Part shown: positions 41,914 to 53,142 of the stretch, in pieces | Numbering within the stretch: position 1 is the stretch's first letter | Layout of the letters: each line of letters opens with the position of its first letter | NCBI GenBank assembly: GCA_051294375.1 | Contig: CM119265.1 | Location: 20,866,221-20,930,220, forward strand | Direction of reading: 5' to 3' | From: Paraspadella gotoi | Taxonomy: Eukaryota; Animalia; Chaetognatha | DNA length: 64,000 nucleotides | Translations under genes and position numbers: made by a program | Notes under the pieces: generated by a model | What the model saw: the letters and a program-made list of their open reading frames with translations, nothing else | Told to the model about the DNA's origin: nothing | The model's database searches: none

Positions 41914-42561
41914 ATGTTCCCGCTCGTTCCTTACCTTTTCGGCGGGATCGCCGCTGGTTCGCTCCTCTACGTCTGGCTTCAGTTCGAGTACGAATTCGGA
42001 AACAGAAAAACCGACGGAAACGACGACGACGAAAACGACGACGTCGTCCTAGTCGACGAGGACGACGACGACGACGTTCCCAGGGAGCGTCGGGTCGTGG
42101 TCATCGTTTCTCAGGACGCCATCGCCGCGGCTTCCAAACCTTCCGTCGGAAAGCCGTCTTCGAATTCGAATTCTTCCTCAGCAACTTTGCCAAAGTCGTC
42201 GCCATCGTCGTCGCCATCGTCGTCGTCGTCTTCAACATCGTCTCCATCGTCGACTCCAGCATTCGTCGCCTCGTCATTGGCTGAAAAGGGAGAATGTCCA
42301 TCGTTGTCGTCAAATGAGCTCGCGTCGTCAAATAGTTCGCCGTCAACATCAATTTCCTCCACGAGAATGTCTTCAACATCAATTTTCTCAACGTCCATGT
42401 CCTCGACATCCGTGCAGACAACTTCCGCCTTCAAACCATCCTCTACGGAGTCCGCTCCGCCCTCGACGTCGTTGATCCAATACGTTGAGGAGACGAGAAA
42501 CTTCGTCGGCGTCAAGCGAAGCAGAATCGCCAATCTCGCCGTCAACAACAAGGGTGAGTGA
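41914..42561 (+). CDS. Orphan protein with an N-terminal membrane anchor, acidic patch and Ser/Thr-rich disordered region
   Basis: ATG in good context (accATGt) at 41914. MFPLVPYLFGGIAAGSLLYVWLQF is hydrophobic, and the GC-rich, coding-like ORF runs ~215 codons. It ends either at TGA 42559-42561 or at a GTGAGT donor at 42554, with a possible short terminal exon after the acceptor at 43202. Confidence 0.6.
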   Translation: MFPLVPYLFGGIAAGSLLYVWLQFEYEFGNRKTDGNDDDENDDVVLVDEDDDDDVPRERRVVVIVSQDAIAAASKPSVGKPSSNSNSSSATLPKSSPSSSPSSSSSSTSSPSSTPAFVASSLAEKGECPSLSSNELASSNSSPSTSISSTRMSSTSIFSTSMSSTSVQTTSAFKPSSTESAPPSTSLIQYVEETRNFVGVKRSRIANLAVNNKGE

Positions 42562-42678
42562 GTGATTGTTTGATTGATCCGCGATGTCGGTGATTGGTTC
42601 GATCACTTTAGTTTAGCAAGTTATTTTTTTTCCACAAAGCACGCACCGAAAACAGTCTTCCTATCAACGCAGAGAATG

Positions 42679-42694
42679 GATTATTATGACAAGG

Positions 42695-42767
<73 letters not shown>

Positions 42768-42824
42768 TTATGACAAGGATTATTATGACAAGGATTATTA
42801 TGACAAGGATTATTATTATTATTA

Positions 42825-42896
<72 letters not shown>

Positions 42897-42918
42897 GACA
42901 AGGATTATTATGACAAGG

Positions 42919-42998
<80 letters not shown>

Positions 42999-43033
42999 GA
43001 CAAGGATTATTATGACAAGGATTATTATGACAA
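42679..43033. repeat. (ATT)n microsatellite interleaved with a 15-bp ATTATTATGACAAGG unit
   Basis: Directly visible compound repeat. Confidence 0.95.
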
Positions 43034-43374
43034 GCGGTCGGAAATAGCCCCGCCCTACTCTGCGCCTAAAACAGTGAACAATATCTTGGTTTAAGAACTG
43101 ACATCTTATTTCTAACAATAAACCTTGTCTTCATTTAGCTAGATAAAAAATATAATTTGTTTACAAAAGCAAAACCATTGATTTAAAATGATTTCTTAAC
43201 AGCGTCCTCTTTAAGCTTAATCGCAGAATCCAGTCGTTAAAAAAAATCTTTAACCCGCCCTCTTCCTCCGCTCTTGACGAACCATTCCTGAGTACGGTCC
43301 AACACCCTAACTTCCGAATCCCTGTAATGCTTCATCCCTAAAACCACCTTCTCCCACTCCAATCCCCCCCCCTT

Positions 43375-45203
43375 TCAAGAGACGTAGATGGTGGTGTGCG
43401 ACTCGATGAGGTCGATGTCTCGCTCCAGTTGCGCCATCGTACGTTCGAGTCGCTCCTTTCGCTGGATCTGAGAGATGGTGTCCAGGATCATGGGCAGACC
43501 TTTAAAAAAAAATTGGTTAATGAGCGAGAGAGCGGTTTTCGAATGATCTTTAAATGTATTTGTAAATAGTAAGCGAGTCTCTTATTTGATCGAACGATAC
43601 AAACCGAGAAATTCTTTGTTGCATTTTTCCCAATTGGTTTTCAAACCGTCGATTATTTTCACGCGTTCCTCCTTGATTAAAGAAAACGGAAGATGTTAAA
43701 AAAAAGAAGAAAAATTTTCGATGCTACTTTGTTTCCTTCGGACTCGCGAACCTCCGGCAAAATCGGTGCTGCCCTCTGAGCAAAGATGTTTTTCACGTAA
43801 TTCGAATATTCTTCTTTAGCTGCGGCCATCTCTTTGTCCTTTTTCAAAACATAAGGCGGGATTCTTCCGTAGGTCTTCTTCGCCACATATTTTGGGATAA
43901 GTCCTGATTTATCAAATAATTTCACAGCGGGAGGACAATAAGAGTAAACTCTTTTAAACTATCGTTATAGTTTTTAAAAATTAGTCGTTGTTTCCATAAG
44001 TTTCCAAATACTTTTTTGTGGAAATTTAAGTAAATACCTATTATATAAATCATGAAAAGGCATCATTTGTGGACGAATTCCCTTCGACAACAACAACGAC
44101 CACAACGACGATACCCGAAGGGTCGAGCATATTCTTGTCTCCCTTCCTCGTGTCTACGTAAATGCGCTGCGGGTTTGCGGGAATGCTGCATATGTTGGCG
44201 ACCGCGTTGGCGTGGATGATGTCCTGAGATTGAATAGAATCTATTATAGAATCTATTATAGATCTTGCTAAATCACGCAATTACGTCAATGGTCGGTCAC
44301 CCATCAACCGCAAACCTTATTCGTCTTGAAGCCCATGAGAGGATAATCGCCGTTTTTGGGAACAGGCGGTTTCCTTCTGTGCGCGTCGTGGTAACAGAAT
44401 CTGCGAACGGGCGGCAGAACAAACTCCTGCAGATAAAATAAGAGTTTTACTCTCTGCTTAATTATATGAACTTTGCATAGATAGCGTAAACAATTCATAT
44501 TAAAATTTTAACTGGCAATTCGTTCTGGAATTCGTTCCTCTCAATCCTTCGTCCTTCATGGGGGATTACACACTTTTTTAACCCCCCTCTCAAAAAAGGA
44601 AAAAAAAAACATAAAAAACATTAGAGCGTCGATTATTTAAAAGGACCTTCTCGTGAGCTCTCAAGAAGCAATCCGTTCCTCTTAACGGAGTTTTCTCGTA
44701 TCTGCGAATCATAAAAAATTCGAGTAAAGTCGTACTTTTTTATCCACTTAGAAAAATTACTACGACATCGACATTGATCACATTACCTCAACGCTTCTCC
44801 GATGGCTTACCCCATGGTTCTGTGGCTCTCCTTTGGCCAAAACATTTCCCAACGAGCCTTGTCCCGGAATTGTGACATGTACACCGGGGGACGAATCTGC
44901 ACAAGTTTCGGCCTGTTAAAGAAAAATTATTACACAAAAAGAAGTTATAATTGTAAAAGTTTCAGTATAATTAGTTTATAATTACACAATCTTCTACAAT
45001 TTTCCACATAGCCTCTCTTTTATAGAGCTTTACTATTTTTTAAATTTTTCAGCAAGAATTCCCAACGCCAATGAATTTAAATTTTTTTTAGCGCCGGCCG
45101 GCGCGGTTGACCTCGGAACCAAATTGTAGATGCTCTCCTCTCCCCGGACGGCCCGGCGTCTCGGCATCTTGCACGGCTTCTTCGTCCCGCCGCCGCACGA
45201 CAT
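43375..45203 (-). CDS. ENKUR: Enkurin (ciliary/flagellar microtubule inner protein; TRPC- and calmodulin-interacting), 8 coding exons, ~270 aa
   Basis: Manually spliced exons (minus strand): 45203-45112, 44912-44811, 44701-44647, 44426-44316, 44223-44115, 43903-43752, 43671-43605, 43499-43375. All introns are GT-AG, 80-220 nt, with consistent phases; total 813 nt ending in TGA. The protein has enkurin hallmarks: EESIYNLVP, PPVYMSQFR, RTMG, RKPPVP..YPLMG.KTNK, IYVDTRKGDK..LDPSGL.PKY..KK.YG.IP.Y, EER..I.GLK.NW, KE.LE..M.QLE.DI..IE.H..IYV. An alternative in-frame ATG lies at 45167. Confidence 0.95.
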
Positions 45204-46325
45204 CCCGCCCGCTTATTGTTTCTTCTCGCGATGACCTTTTGTTGATTTTTTGGGATTTCGTCTTTTCGGTTGTAGCACAGCGCGAAAGGGAATCGGCGGC
45301 GAATAAGGAATGGTTCTAAGCGTGGTTTTGATGACTGACAAAAGACTAAGGCGGCTTTATAAAAAATTCTGTTTTGGCGGGAAAAGGCTTTGGGCGTTTT
45401 CGGTTAATAAAATACGTTGATAAAAAAGAAAGTATTTTAGGAAAAAGAAATTTTTTTTTGGCTAAGAACGAGAGAGCGGTAACAGGATAGAAAGAAGAAA
45501 ATAAATGAAAGAGGAGAGAGAGGTAGGCATTGAGTGACAGAGACAGTAAAAGAAAGAGAGACAGAAACACAAAGAGAGAGGTCGAAACTCCATCCCTTCT
45601 CCGCCGGCTTAAGAAAGTTCGATAAAGGGAAATTTTGCTGATTTGACTCTCCTGGTCTTATGAGGCTTCATAAATTGGGAGGAAGTTGCAGACAAAGTTG
45701 AATTTGGAAAAAAAAAGGAGGAAAGGAGGAAGAGGAGGAGCCGGGGGAGCAAAGGGAGTCTGGATTAAAATAGAAGGAATTGAGAGAGATCCCAGAGAGA
45801 GTGTGAGAGGGAGAGAGGGAGAGAGAGCGGCGAGAAACTGGAAACAAAAAAGATGGAATGGGAAGGCAATTGGCCAGAAAAAGTCCAGAGGGAATTTTCG
45901 GGTCAATCATTCAGGAAAAGGTTTTATAACTTTCTTTTTTTTTTTATAATTTTTTTTATTTTTCATTTTTTTAAAATACTCAAGGCAATGGTTCGCGTAA
46001 AACAGTCAGTCAGTTCGAGAGAGGAAGAAAAATGATTGCGCACAATTATGAGCTCGATTCTCGATACCAGAAGACAACACTAACGTCCCCATCCCAATAA
46101 TAAATAAATTTTATTAGATTTAAATAATTTAACACAAAAAAATAACAAAAAATAAATAAAATCATAAATATTAAATATTTTAAAATCTAAAAAAACAATT
46201 GATAGTGAAACAAGAAATATTGCCATTTTCATGACAATATTGTATTAAAGCCTCGTTATGGGGGATAGTCAGTTTTCCACTTTTCATTTGAACATCGATG
46301 CAGTAAAGAGAAGGAATTAAAATAC

Positions 46326-46444
46326 CGTAGAATCTCTTCTGATTTCTTGCGCTACATCAGTCTTCACCATTTCTTTCCTTGGGGCGAACTCAAGATAACG
46401 GCTGGAGAAGCGGCTTCTGGTATAAAGCCATCCGTCACTTTGGA
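46326..46444 (-). CDS. Isolated candidate coding exon, gene unidentified
   Basis: TTTTCTCTGCAG acceptor and ACG|GTATTT donor flank an open frame QSDGWLYTRSRFSSRYLEFAPRKEMVKTDVAQEIRRDST. The GC-rich block 48580-48780 may be another exon. Confidence 0.3.
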
Positions 46445-48415
46445 CTGCAGAGAAAATGCGGAATGCCGACCGCGGGGTAGAGATGGAAAAGGGGAGTCGT
46501 TCGAACGAAAGAAGGTGGAGTTGGATGTCATTGAATGAGAAAAGCTTGAGTTCTTGTTTGAATGTAATGGAGAGGTTGTTTGAGTAAAATGGGGAAAATT
46601 ATCGTCAATTGACGTTGGTTAAAGCGGAGAGTTTCCTGTGGGGGGGGAGAGCCCTTTGTTGGCGCTATTTTCTCGGTCGTCAAATAAAACGAAGTTGATT
46701 GCGTCAATTAAAAAAGGGACAATCGGAGGGAAGTAGCTTAGGAAAAGACGAACGGTGTTATGAATAATGATTAGTGAATAATTATTTAGAAGGAACGATG
46801 AAGCCGGTGCAAGAATATCAATGAGTCTTACAATGATAATGACGTTAAAGGCGGGAATCGATGCGCGAACGAAAAACGAAGGTTAGGAAACCAAAGTGGA
46901 AATAGAAATGGTTACCAATGCGTCCTCGACACTCGACAGAAAGGTTTAAAAGCTCGAAAAAGGTTAAAACCTAAAGCAGGAATAAGGTTTAGAATCGAAC
47001 GAGGCTTTGGGACAGATTTCGGGTTCTAAGCTCGAATTCGTTTTTATGTGACACGAAATTTCTCTCTTTCTCGTTAGGTTTTTCTCACCCTGAGACTTTG
47101 ACACGAACGGCGGAAACGTAAAATCGCAAATCGTAAACCAGAGCCGCTAATGGAGGCGATAAAAATTGAAGAGATTTACAAGATCAAGTTGGACTTTGTA
47201 GTTTGATGGTTTTAACGTTTAAAAAGAAAAGTCTTCTTGAAATCATGTAATTGAAGCAGTGGACGGCGCGATTCAGACGACAAGAAAATCATGAATGTTT
47301 AAAATGTTGATAAAATTCAGAAAAAATTTAATAAAAAATGGGGCTATGATTGCTACAAATTGTCAGTTTTCACGACATTGTTTCCCCTAAACCGTACGGT
47401 TGCCCACAGGAATATTCATTGTTCTTGTTAGTTAACTTTAACAAAAGCACTTATGAATATTAAACAAGCTTTTCTTAGCGAGAACTTCTTCTTCCCAACG
47501 TCACTCATTCATGAATAACCCCGTCCACCACCCGGGCGTTCGACCGCGTTTATTAAGCGACGAGAATGACAGAATGTCGATAAGGTCTTTTTTTGCGACA
47601 GAGTAAGAAACTGACAGACTGAAGGCCATTCGATATTTTTAGAGATGAAGGCCGAAAGCCTTTCGTGGTTTTCCTTGCAAAATTCTCTTTTTGCTTTGGT
47701 CTTGCATGAGCGGCAAAGAGTTAGGGTAAGGGAAAAAAAATCAATGGTGTCAGATGAAAACCCTTATGTAGCAAGAGTGAGCTCTCCAATAGGAGTCTCC
47801 ATAGCCTAAATTACAAAAGGGCTAAATAACGCGAAACAATATTTAAAATTGTAGAAATTGATAAATAAGTTACGGTTATTTATTTATTCTGTATTTGGCA
47901 GCGTTGCAATGCAGCAAATTTGCTGGTAAGTTTGTAGATTGTCGAACAGTTCTTCAAAGGGAGTGCGATGGTGTTATAAACCAACAGAATCGAAGTGCGA
48001 TCCATTACCCTCGAGTTGGAGTAGTTATTCCTGGTTCCGCTTCACGTAACATCATAGAGCGAGATGGAAAAAAAAAAGTTTCAGTTTCACAAATGGAATT
48101 TTTTTCCCCTCCTTTTTTCCCCAACCAAAATCCTGAGGGAAATGGAATATTCTTGGCTTTTTTTTTTTCGATGGAGAGAGAAATAAAACTTGGATTAAGC
48201 GAACCTTTTTTTTTCACTTCCCTCTTCTCTCTTTCTCACAACTCCTCTCCCCATTTCTCTCCCGAACCACAACTTTGTATTCCCTTCCATTTACGTCTCG
48301 AGATGCAATAAAAAAAACCGGCAAGAAAAGTCCATCGCTTGCATCACTCATGCACATTGTGAGGAGATCGAGAGCCTTCTCTCTCTCCCTCCCGTTTTAT
48401 CATCCTCGCGCGGTC

Positions 48416-48474
<59 letters not shown>

Positions 48475-48523
48475 CTCTCTCGGTCTTTGATCTTTTTCTT
48501 TTTCGCCTCCCCCCTTCTCTCCG

Positions 48524-48565
<42 letters not shown>

Positions 48566-49871
48566 CTCTCTTTCTTCCTCGTTGCAACACCGGGAGCTTC
48601 GCCGTAGCCGCTGAGGCCGTCGCCGGGACGTTGTGACCTTCTTGCCGATTCTGCAAAGTTTCTGCGGCCGTGCACTGATGCAGGCGGCGTCGCTGAGCGC
48701 CCGGCGTCGCGCGTCCCAGAAGTCTGCTGCCTTTCAACTCAAAAGAGGAAGAGAGCCGCCGCGCAGCGAGGACTTGAGCCGGGAAGGAGAAAGAGGGGGG
48801 ATAGGGGTCGAGGGGAAGGGGGGGGAGGCAGTGGGGAAAAGTAGGATGACGATTGTAAGACTGAAAGAACGGCGAGGAGGAAGAGAGACCGATGGGTTGA
48901 GGGAGAATTGAAGGAGAACACGGGGGGAGGGAAACAGTTTGAAGGGGAGGAAAAGGAAACGAATGAAAAATTAAAGATGGAGGGAGACTAAAAGATAGAA
49001 TAATTTGATAAGCGAGTGGATTTAGGATTCTTAAAAGTAAAAGAGCAAAAAAATTGTACATAACGTTCGCAATTCTTTTGTTTAAAGATAAAGTACTCAT
49101 AATGTTTACAATTTTGCATGATAAGACAAGCCGCGTGAAGCGAGTGGAAAATGAGAGAGGGACGAAGGAGGGGAATCGTGACAACTTGGAAAAGAGTCCG
49201 AGAGAAGATATGAGGAAAAGAAGAGAGGAAGGAAGGAAGGAAACAGGAATCGTCTCAACGTGGTCAGGGATAAAAAGGACAGAAAAAAAGCGAATAGAGA
49301 GGCATCGAGGATAGAGGAGAAAAAAGAGAGGATAGAGGAGAGGAAAGAGAGGATATAGGAGAGGAATGAGAGGATAGAGGAGAGGAAAGAGAGGATAAGG
49401 GGGTGGGGTAATCGGCCAGGAATAGGACGGGCAGAAAGAGTTTTTTTTTTCCTTTTTTTTAACTTTTTACCGTAATTTTAGCTGCAGTTTTCGTGCTGTG
49501 TTTGTTTTAGCGGCGAAAAAAACCCCATTTTAATAACAATATATTATTCACAGTAGGACGTTTAAAGCTTTGAATAGTAAACAAAAGCGTTGCGTAAACA
49601 AGAGTAACTGTGAGTATTGTCGTAACGGCGTTTCTAATGAGTTAAACAACAAAACTTTTTCAAAAACTTGATATAACCGTAAAAGATGCCAAATATAATA
49701 AAAAAAAAATATTTCGAGTTACATTATTTACATTTCTCGCCCAACTTGGGGGGGAGAAGGAAAATCCGGAGTAAGTGAACTCGTTGGCGAAAAGCAAACA
49801 ACCCAAAGCGACGCGAAGGAAAATATTGCGTTAAAAAAAAAAAAGCAAAATAAAGCGATAAACGGGGAAGT

Positions 49872-50616
49872 TCAAAGAAAAGCCAAGGACGAATGCAAAA
49901 AACCAGCGACGAAAATGAGAAACGCGATCAAGTCAAATTGGAACCGTCGTCCTCCGCTGGCGGAGAAATCACGTCTCATCGCCGCCAGGGGCGCGGCGAA
50001 TTCGTCGCTACGGCGATCGTCGCCGGAATAATTACCGTCGTCGTCATCCTCATCATCATTATCAGAATCATCCGTTCTACTTTCGCTCATATTTTTTTTC
50101 AATTCTTCCAGTTCTTCGTAATAACCGGCGTAATCGTCCATTTCCCAGTCGTAGTAATCTGGATGACGATAGTCGTCTGGCGAATAAGTCACTTCTTCAC
50201 CCTCGTATACTTCGTCATCGTCATCGTCGGTTTCATCTTCAAATTCTTCGGCGTCATCATCATCGTCATCTTCATGAAAACCGGTGTAATTGCCGGAATT
50301 GACGATTTCATCCTGGCTTTTGCCATTGCCGTACTCTTCATCAGCCTCGGAATTATCGGAATTACTTTCACTCATATTTTTTTTCAATTCTTCCAGTTCT
50401 TCGTAATAACCGGCGTAATCGTCCATTAGCCAGTCGTAGTAATCTGGATGTCGGTAATCGTAAATGTCGTAAACTTCGCCGTCATCGTTTTCATCTTTTT
50501 CTTCGCCGTCGTCGTCGTCTTCAGTAATTTCCGTATCGACAGGTTCGACACTCATGGTATCGTTTCGTCCACCGCCGTCTCCGCCATCGTCATCGTCGTT
50601 CGTTGGCTCTTCACCT

Positions 50617-50649
<33 letters not shown>

Positions 50650-52169
50650 TCCGGCGCCACGGCTTCCCTCCGGTCTTCGTTTCCGTTCGGTTCTTCGCTC
50701 CGCTGCCGCCCTCGCCTCCCGACGGACGATTCAACGTCCGCGGGGACTTCGGCGTCTCCCGCAGGACCGGAGCTAGTGGCGGCGGCGACAGCAGCGGCGG
50801 CGGAAACGTTCAATTCCCTGGAGTGGTTGAGGTGGACTGAAGCAACGTCGCTGGAGTTGGCGGATACGCCAACGTGGCCTCGTTCGCCGCGGAGTCGATC
50901 CTCAGCGTCGACCTCCAGCCTCTCGAGTTCCCCGTCCACCTGAGGACCGACAGGCGGAACCGGCGGCTGAGGAGGAGGCACGTGACCGTGATGGTGATGA
51001 TGATGATGATGATGGTGACCGCCGTGGTGTCCGCCGGGCCCGTGGAGGCCGCCGTGGCCATGGTGGCCGGCATGCCTATGGTGTCCTGCCCCGTGATGTC
51101 CGCCCCCATGATGTCCTCCGTGGCCTCCATGATGCGCGGCGGAGATTCCCGATTCTCGCGGACGATCCGTTCGAGCTTCCCCCGCGTGCCCGCCTTGACT
51201 TCTCGGTGGGTGTCCGAATGCGGTCACGTGGCCAACTGCATGACCAGTACCTCCATCGCTTCCTGGAATTCCCGCGGGTGGGCGATGACCCCATGGGCCA
51301 ACATACGGGGCATGAGCCGAGTAACTTCCATGCCCGTCATATCCAGAGTAACCTTCGTGAGCACCAGACCTCCATAACCAAAGCCTTCGTGGCTCCGTAA
51401 CCTCCATGTCCACCATGTCCTGCGTAACTTCCATGTCCACCGTGACCGCCATGACCTCCATGGGTTACATAACCATGACTTCCGGCATGTCCTGTAACAA
51501 CTCCATGTCCTCCACGGCATGACCACCTGTCCTCCGGTATGTCCCGTAACAAACGCCAGGTCCTCCTCCGCATGTCCACCGTGACCTCCTGTAGCATGTC
51601 CTCTCCCGCCACCGTGACCTCTACACGTGACCTCTCTCGCCACCGTGACTTCCGCCCCGTGACCTCTACCGCCACCGTGACCCTCGTCGCACCGTGACCT
51701 CTTCCTCCGCCTCCGTGTCCGCCTCCGTGACCTTTACGGGCCGCCCTGCCTCTAGAAAATGCTCCAGCCGGACCACCTTGATTTTCACTGCATTGACGGC
51801 CTTAGAGAAACTCGACGTCCGGTTGAGTCGAGAAGTGGCTTCGTTCGTTTTCAGATAACTCGGCGCTCCAGCGGCGGGCGGCGATCTCGCTACGGGCCCT
51901 GCTGCTTCGTGGCTGGAGTCCTCGGCGGCGTCTCTCTTGAACCTCGAGATGGCAAGGAGCTTTACACTTCTCGCTCCCCTTGCCGCGGAGTAGGTGGCCG
52001 TAGGAGAGAAAAAACATCTTGACGAAATCCACTGCCGGAAAAAATTAACATTTAAAACAAAAAGACATTCCGCATAAAATCGAAAGTAAAATTGAAAGGT
52101 TCATCGTCCTTACTTGCGCAGAAAAGACGATCAAAAAGAAGAACAACGAGGTTTTCAGATTTTTCCCAT
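49872..52169 (-). CDS. Secreted Gly/His-rich and Asp/Glu-rich protein with a hydrophobic C-terminal tail (putative GPI anchor); 5' part frameshifted in this assembly
   Basis: Exon 1 (52169-52114) reads as a signal peptide MGKNLKTSLFFFLIVFSAQ only if one A is added to the A5 run. Intron 52113-52032 is GTAAG...CAG. Exon 2 begins WISSRCF...SRFKRDAAEDS. GHGG repeats follow, scattered over three frames by single-base deletions (~51300-51800). An intact ~480-codon 3' frame carries poly-His, poly-Asp, a duplicated DYRHPDYYDW.MDDYAGYYEELEELKKNMSES motif and the terminus FDLIAFLIFVAGFLHSSLAFL*. Confidence 0.75.
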
Positions 52170-53142
52170 TTTTTTTCTTTCAGTGAAAGTCTGAAAATAC
52201 AACAAAAAAATAACGACTGCGGAGTAACCGATTAGGGCCGCTTAGACGCACATTAATTTGCTTAATTAGGAGAATAATTAACGGAATTCTATTATTTCGA
52301 GGCGGCCGCCGCGTCCTAATTAAAAAAGAAAAACTTTTTTTTGGGTCGATCTGTCAGTTCCGTTTATATCCGGGAAAATTGAGTTAAAAACATTAGCAGT
52401 ATTTGCTTTTTAAAGTTAATTGGAAGTCGACGAAAAAAAACTATTATTGATAGTTCAAGTTAAAAAAAAAGCACCAATGGCCGGTGATGAACGGTTGTGG
52501 ATTTTAGTCCACCATAATAAAATGAATAATGATTATTATTTAATAAAAATATTGTTTCAACTCTATATACAATTATAAAATTATATCACGCCCGATCTAC
52601 ATTATTTTTTACATGGTCTTTGACAACTTTGTTTAAATCCTAGGTTATCTATATTTTAGTAATACTAATAGTATCATTACATTTTTACTTTATAGTATTT
52701 ATCAACAAACATTGTTTGGAGTCGATTTAAAAAAAAAAACCGAGTAAATTTGATTTAAGAAGAAATTTCGCAACTGGTGGCCCAAATCGTCGTAGATGTT
52801 TTGCGATTTTGCGTCGATTCAACCGCGAGAACAAAGCCATTGACTCACCCAGATTATTTCTCGGTCGCGGACGAAGAGTTGCAGCGGCCTTTTTCATAAT
52901 AAACGTGTCAAAAATCAGAATACTTTCCTTAGTTGGTCTGTCGGTCTCTAGACTATCTATTGTAAAGTTTTAACTCATTTACCAACTTTATAAATTCGAT
53001 CTAATACACGAAATAGAATAGAAATAACTATAGAGTTGTACCTAGAATGAATTTATTACATTTAAATTAATTCATCAAGAATGTGAAATAATTTTTTGTA
53101 ATCTCTATATTTTTATTCGAAGCGCATTTGGATATTCTGAAA

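Noticed and set aside
42101-42606. Minus-strand acidic ORFs (DDGDDVEDDD...)
   Set aside because: Antisense of the Ser-rich plus-strand ORF, which has a good ATG and an N-terminal anchor.
49893-51377. Plus-strand hydrophobic ORFs opposite the His/Asp-rich gene
   Set aside because: Antisense shadows of GAY/CAY codon runs.
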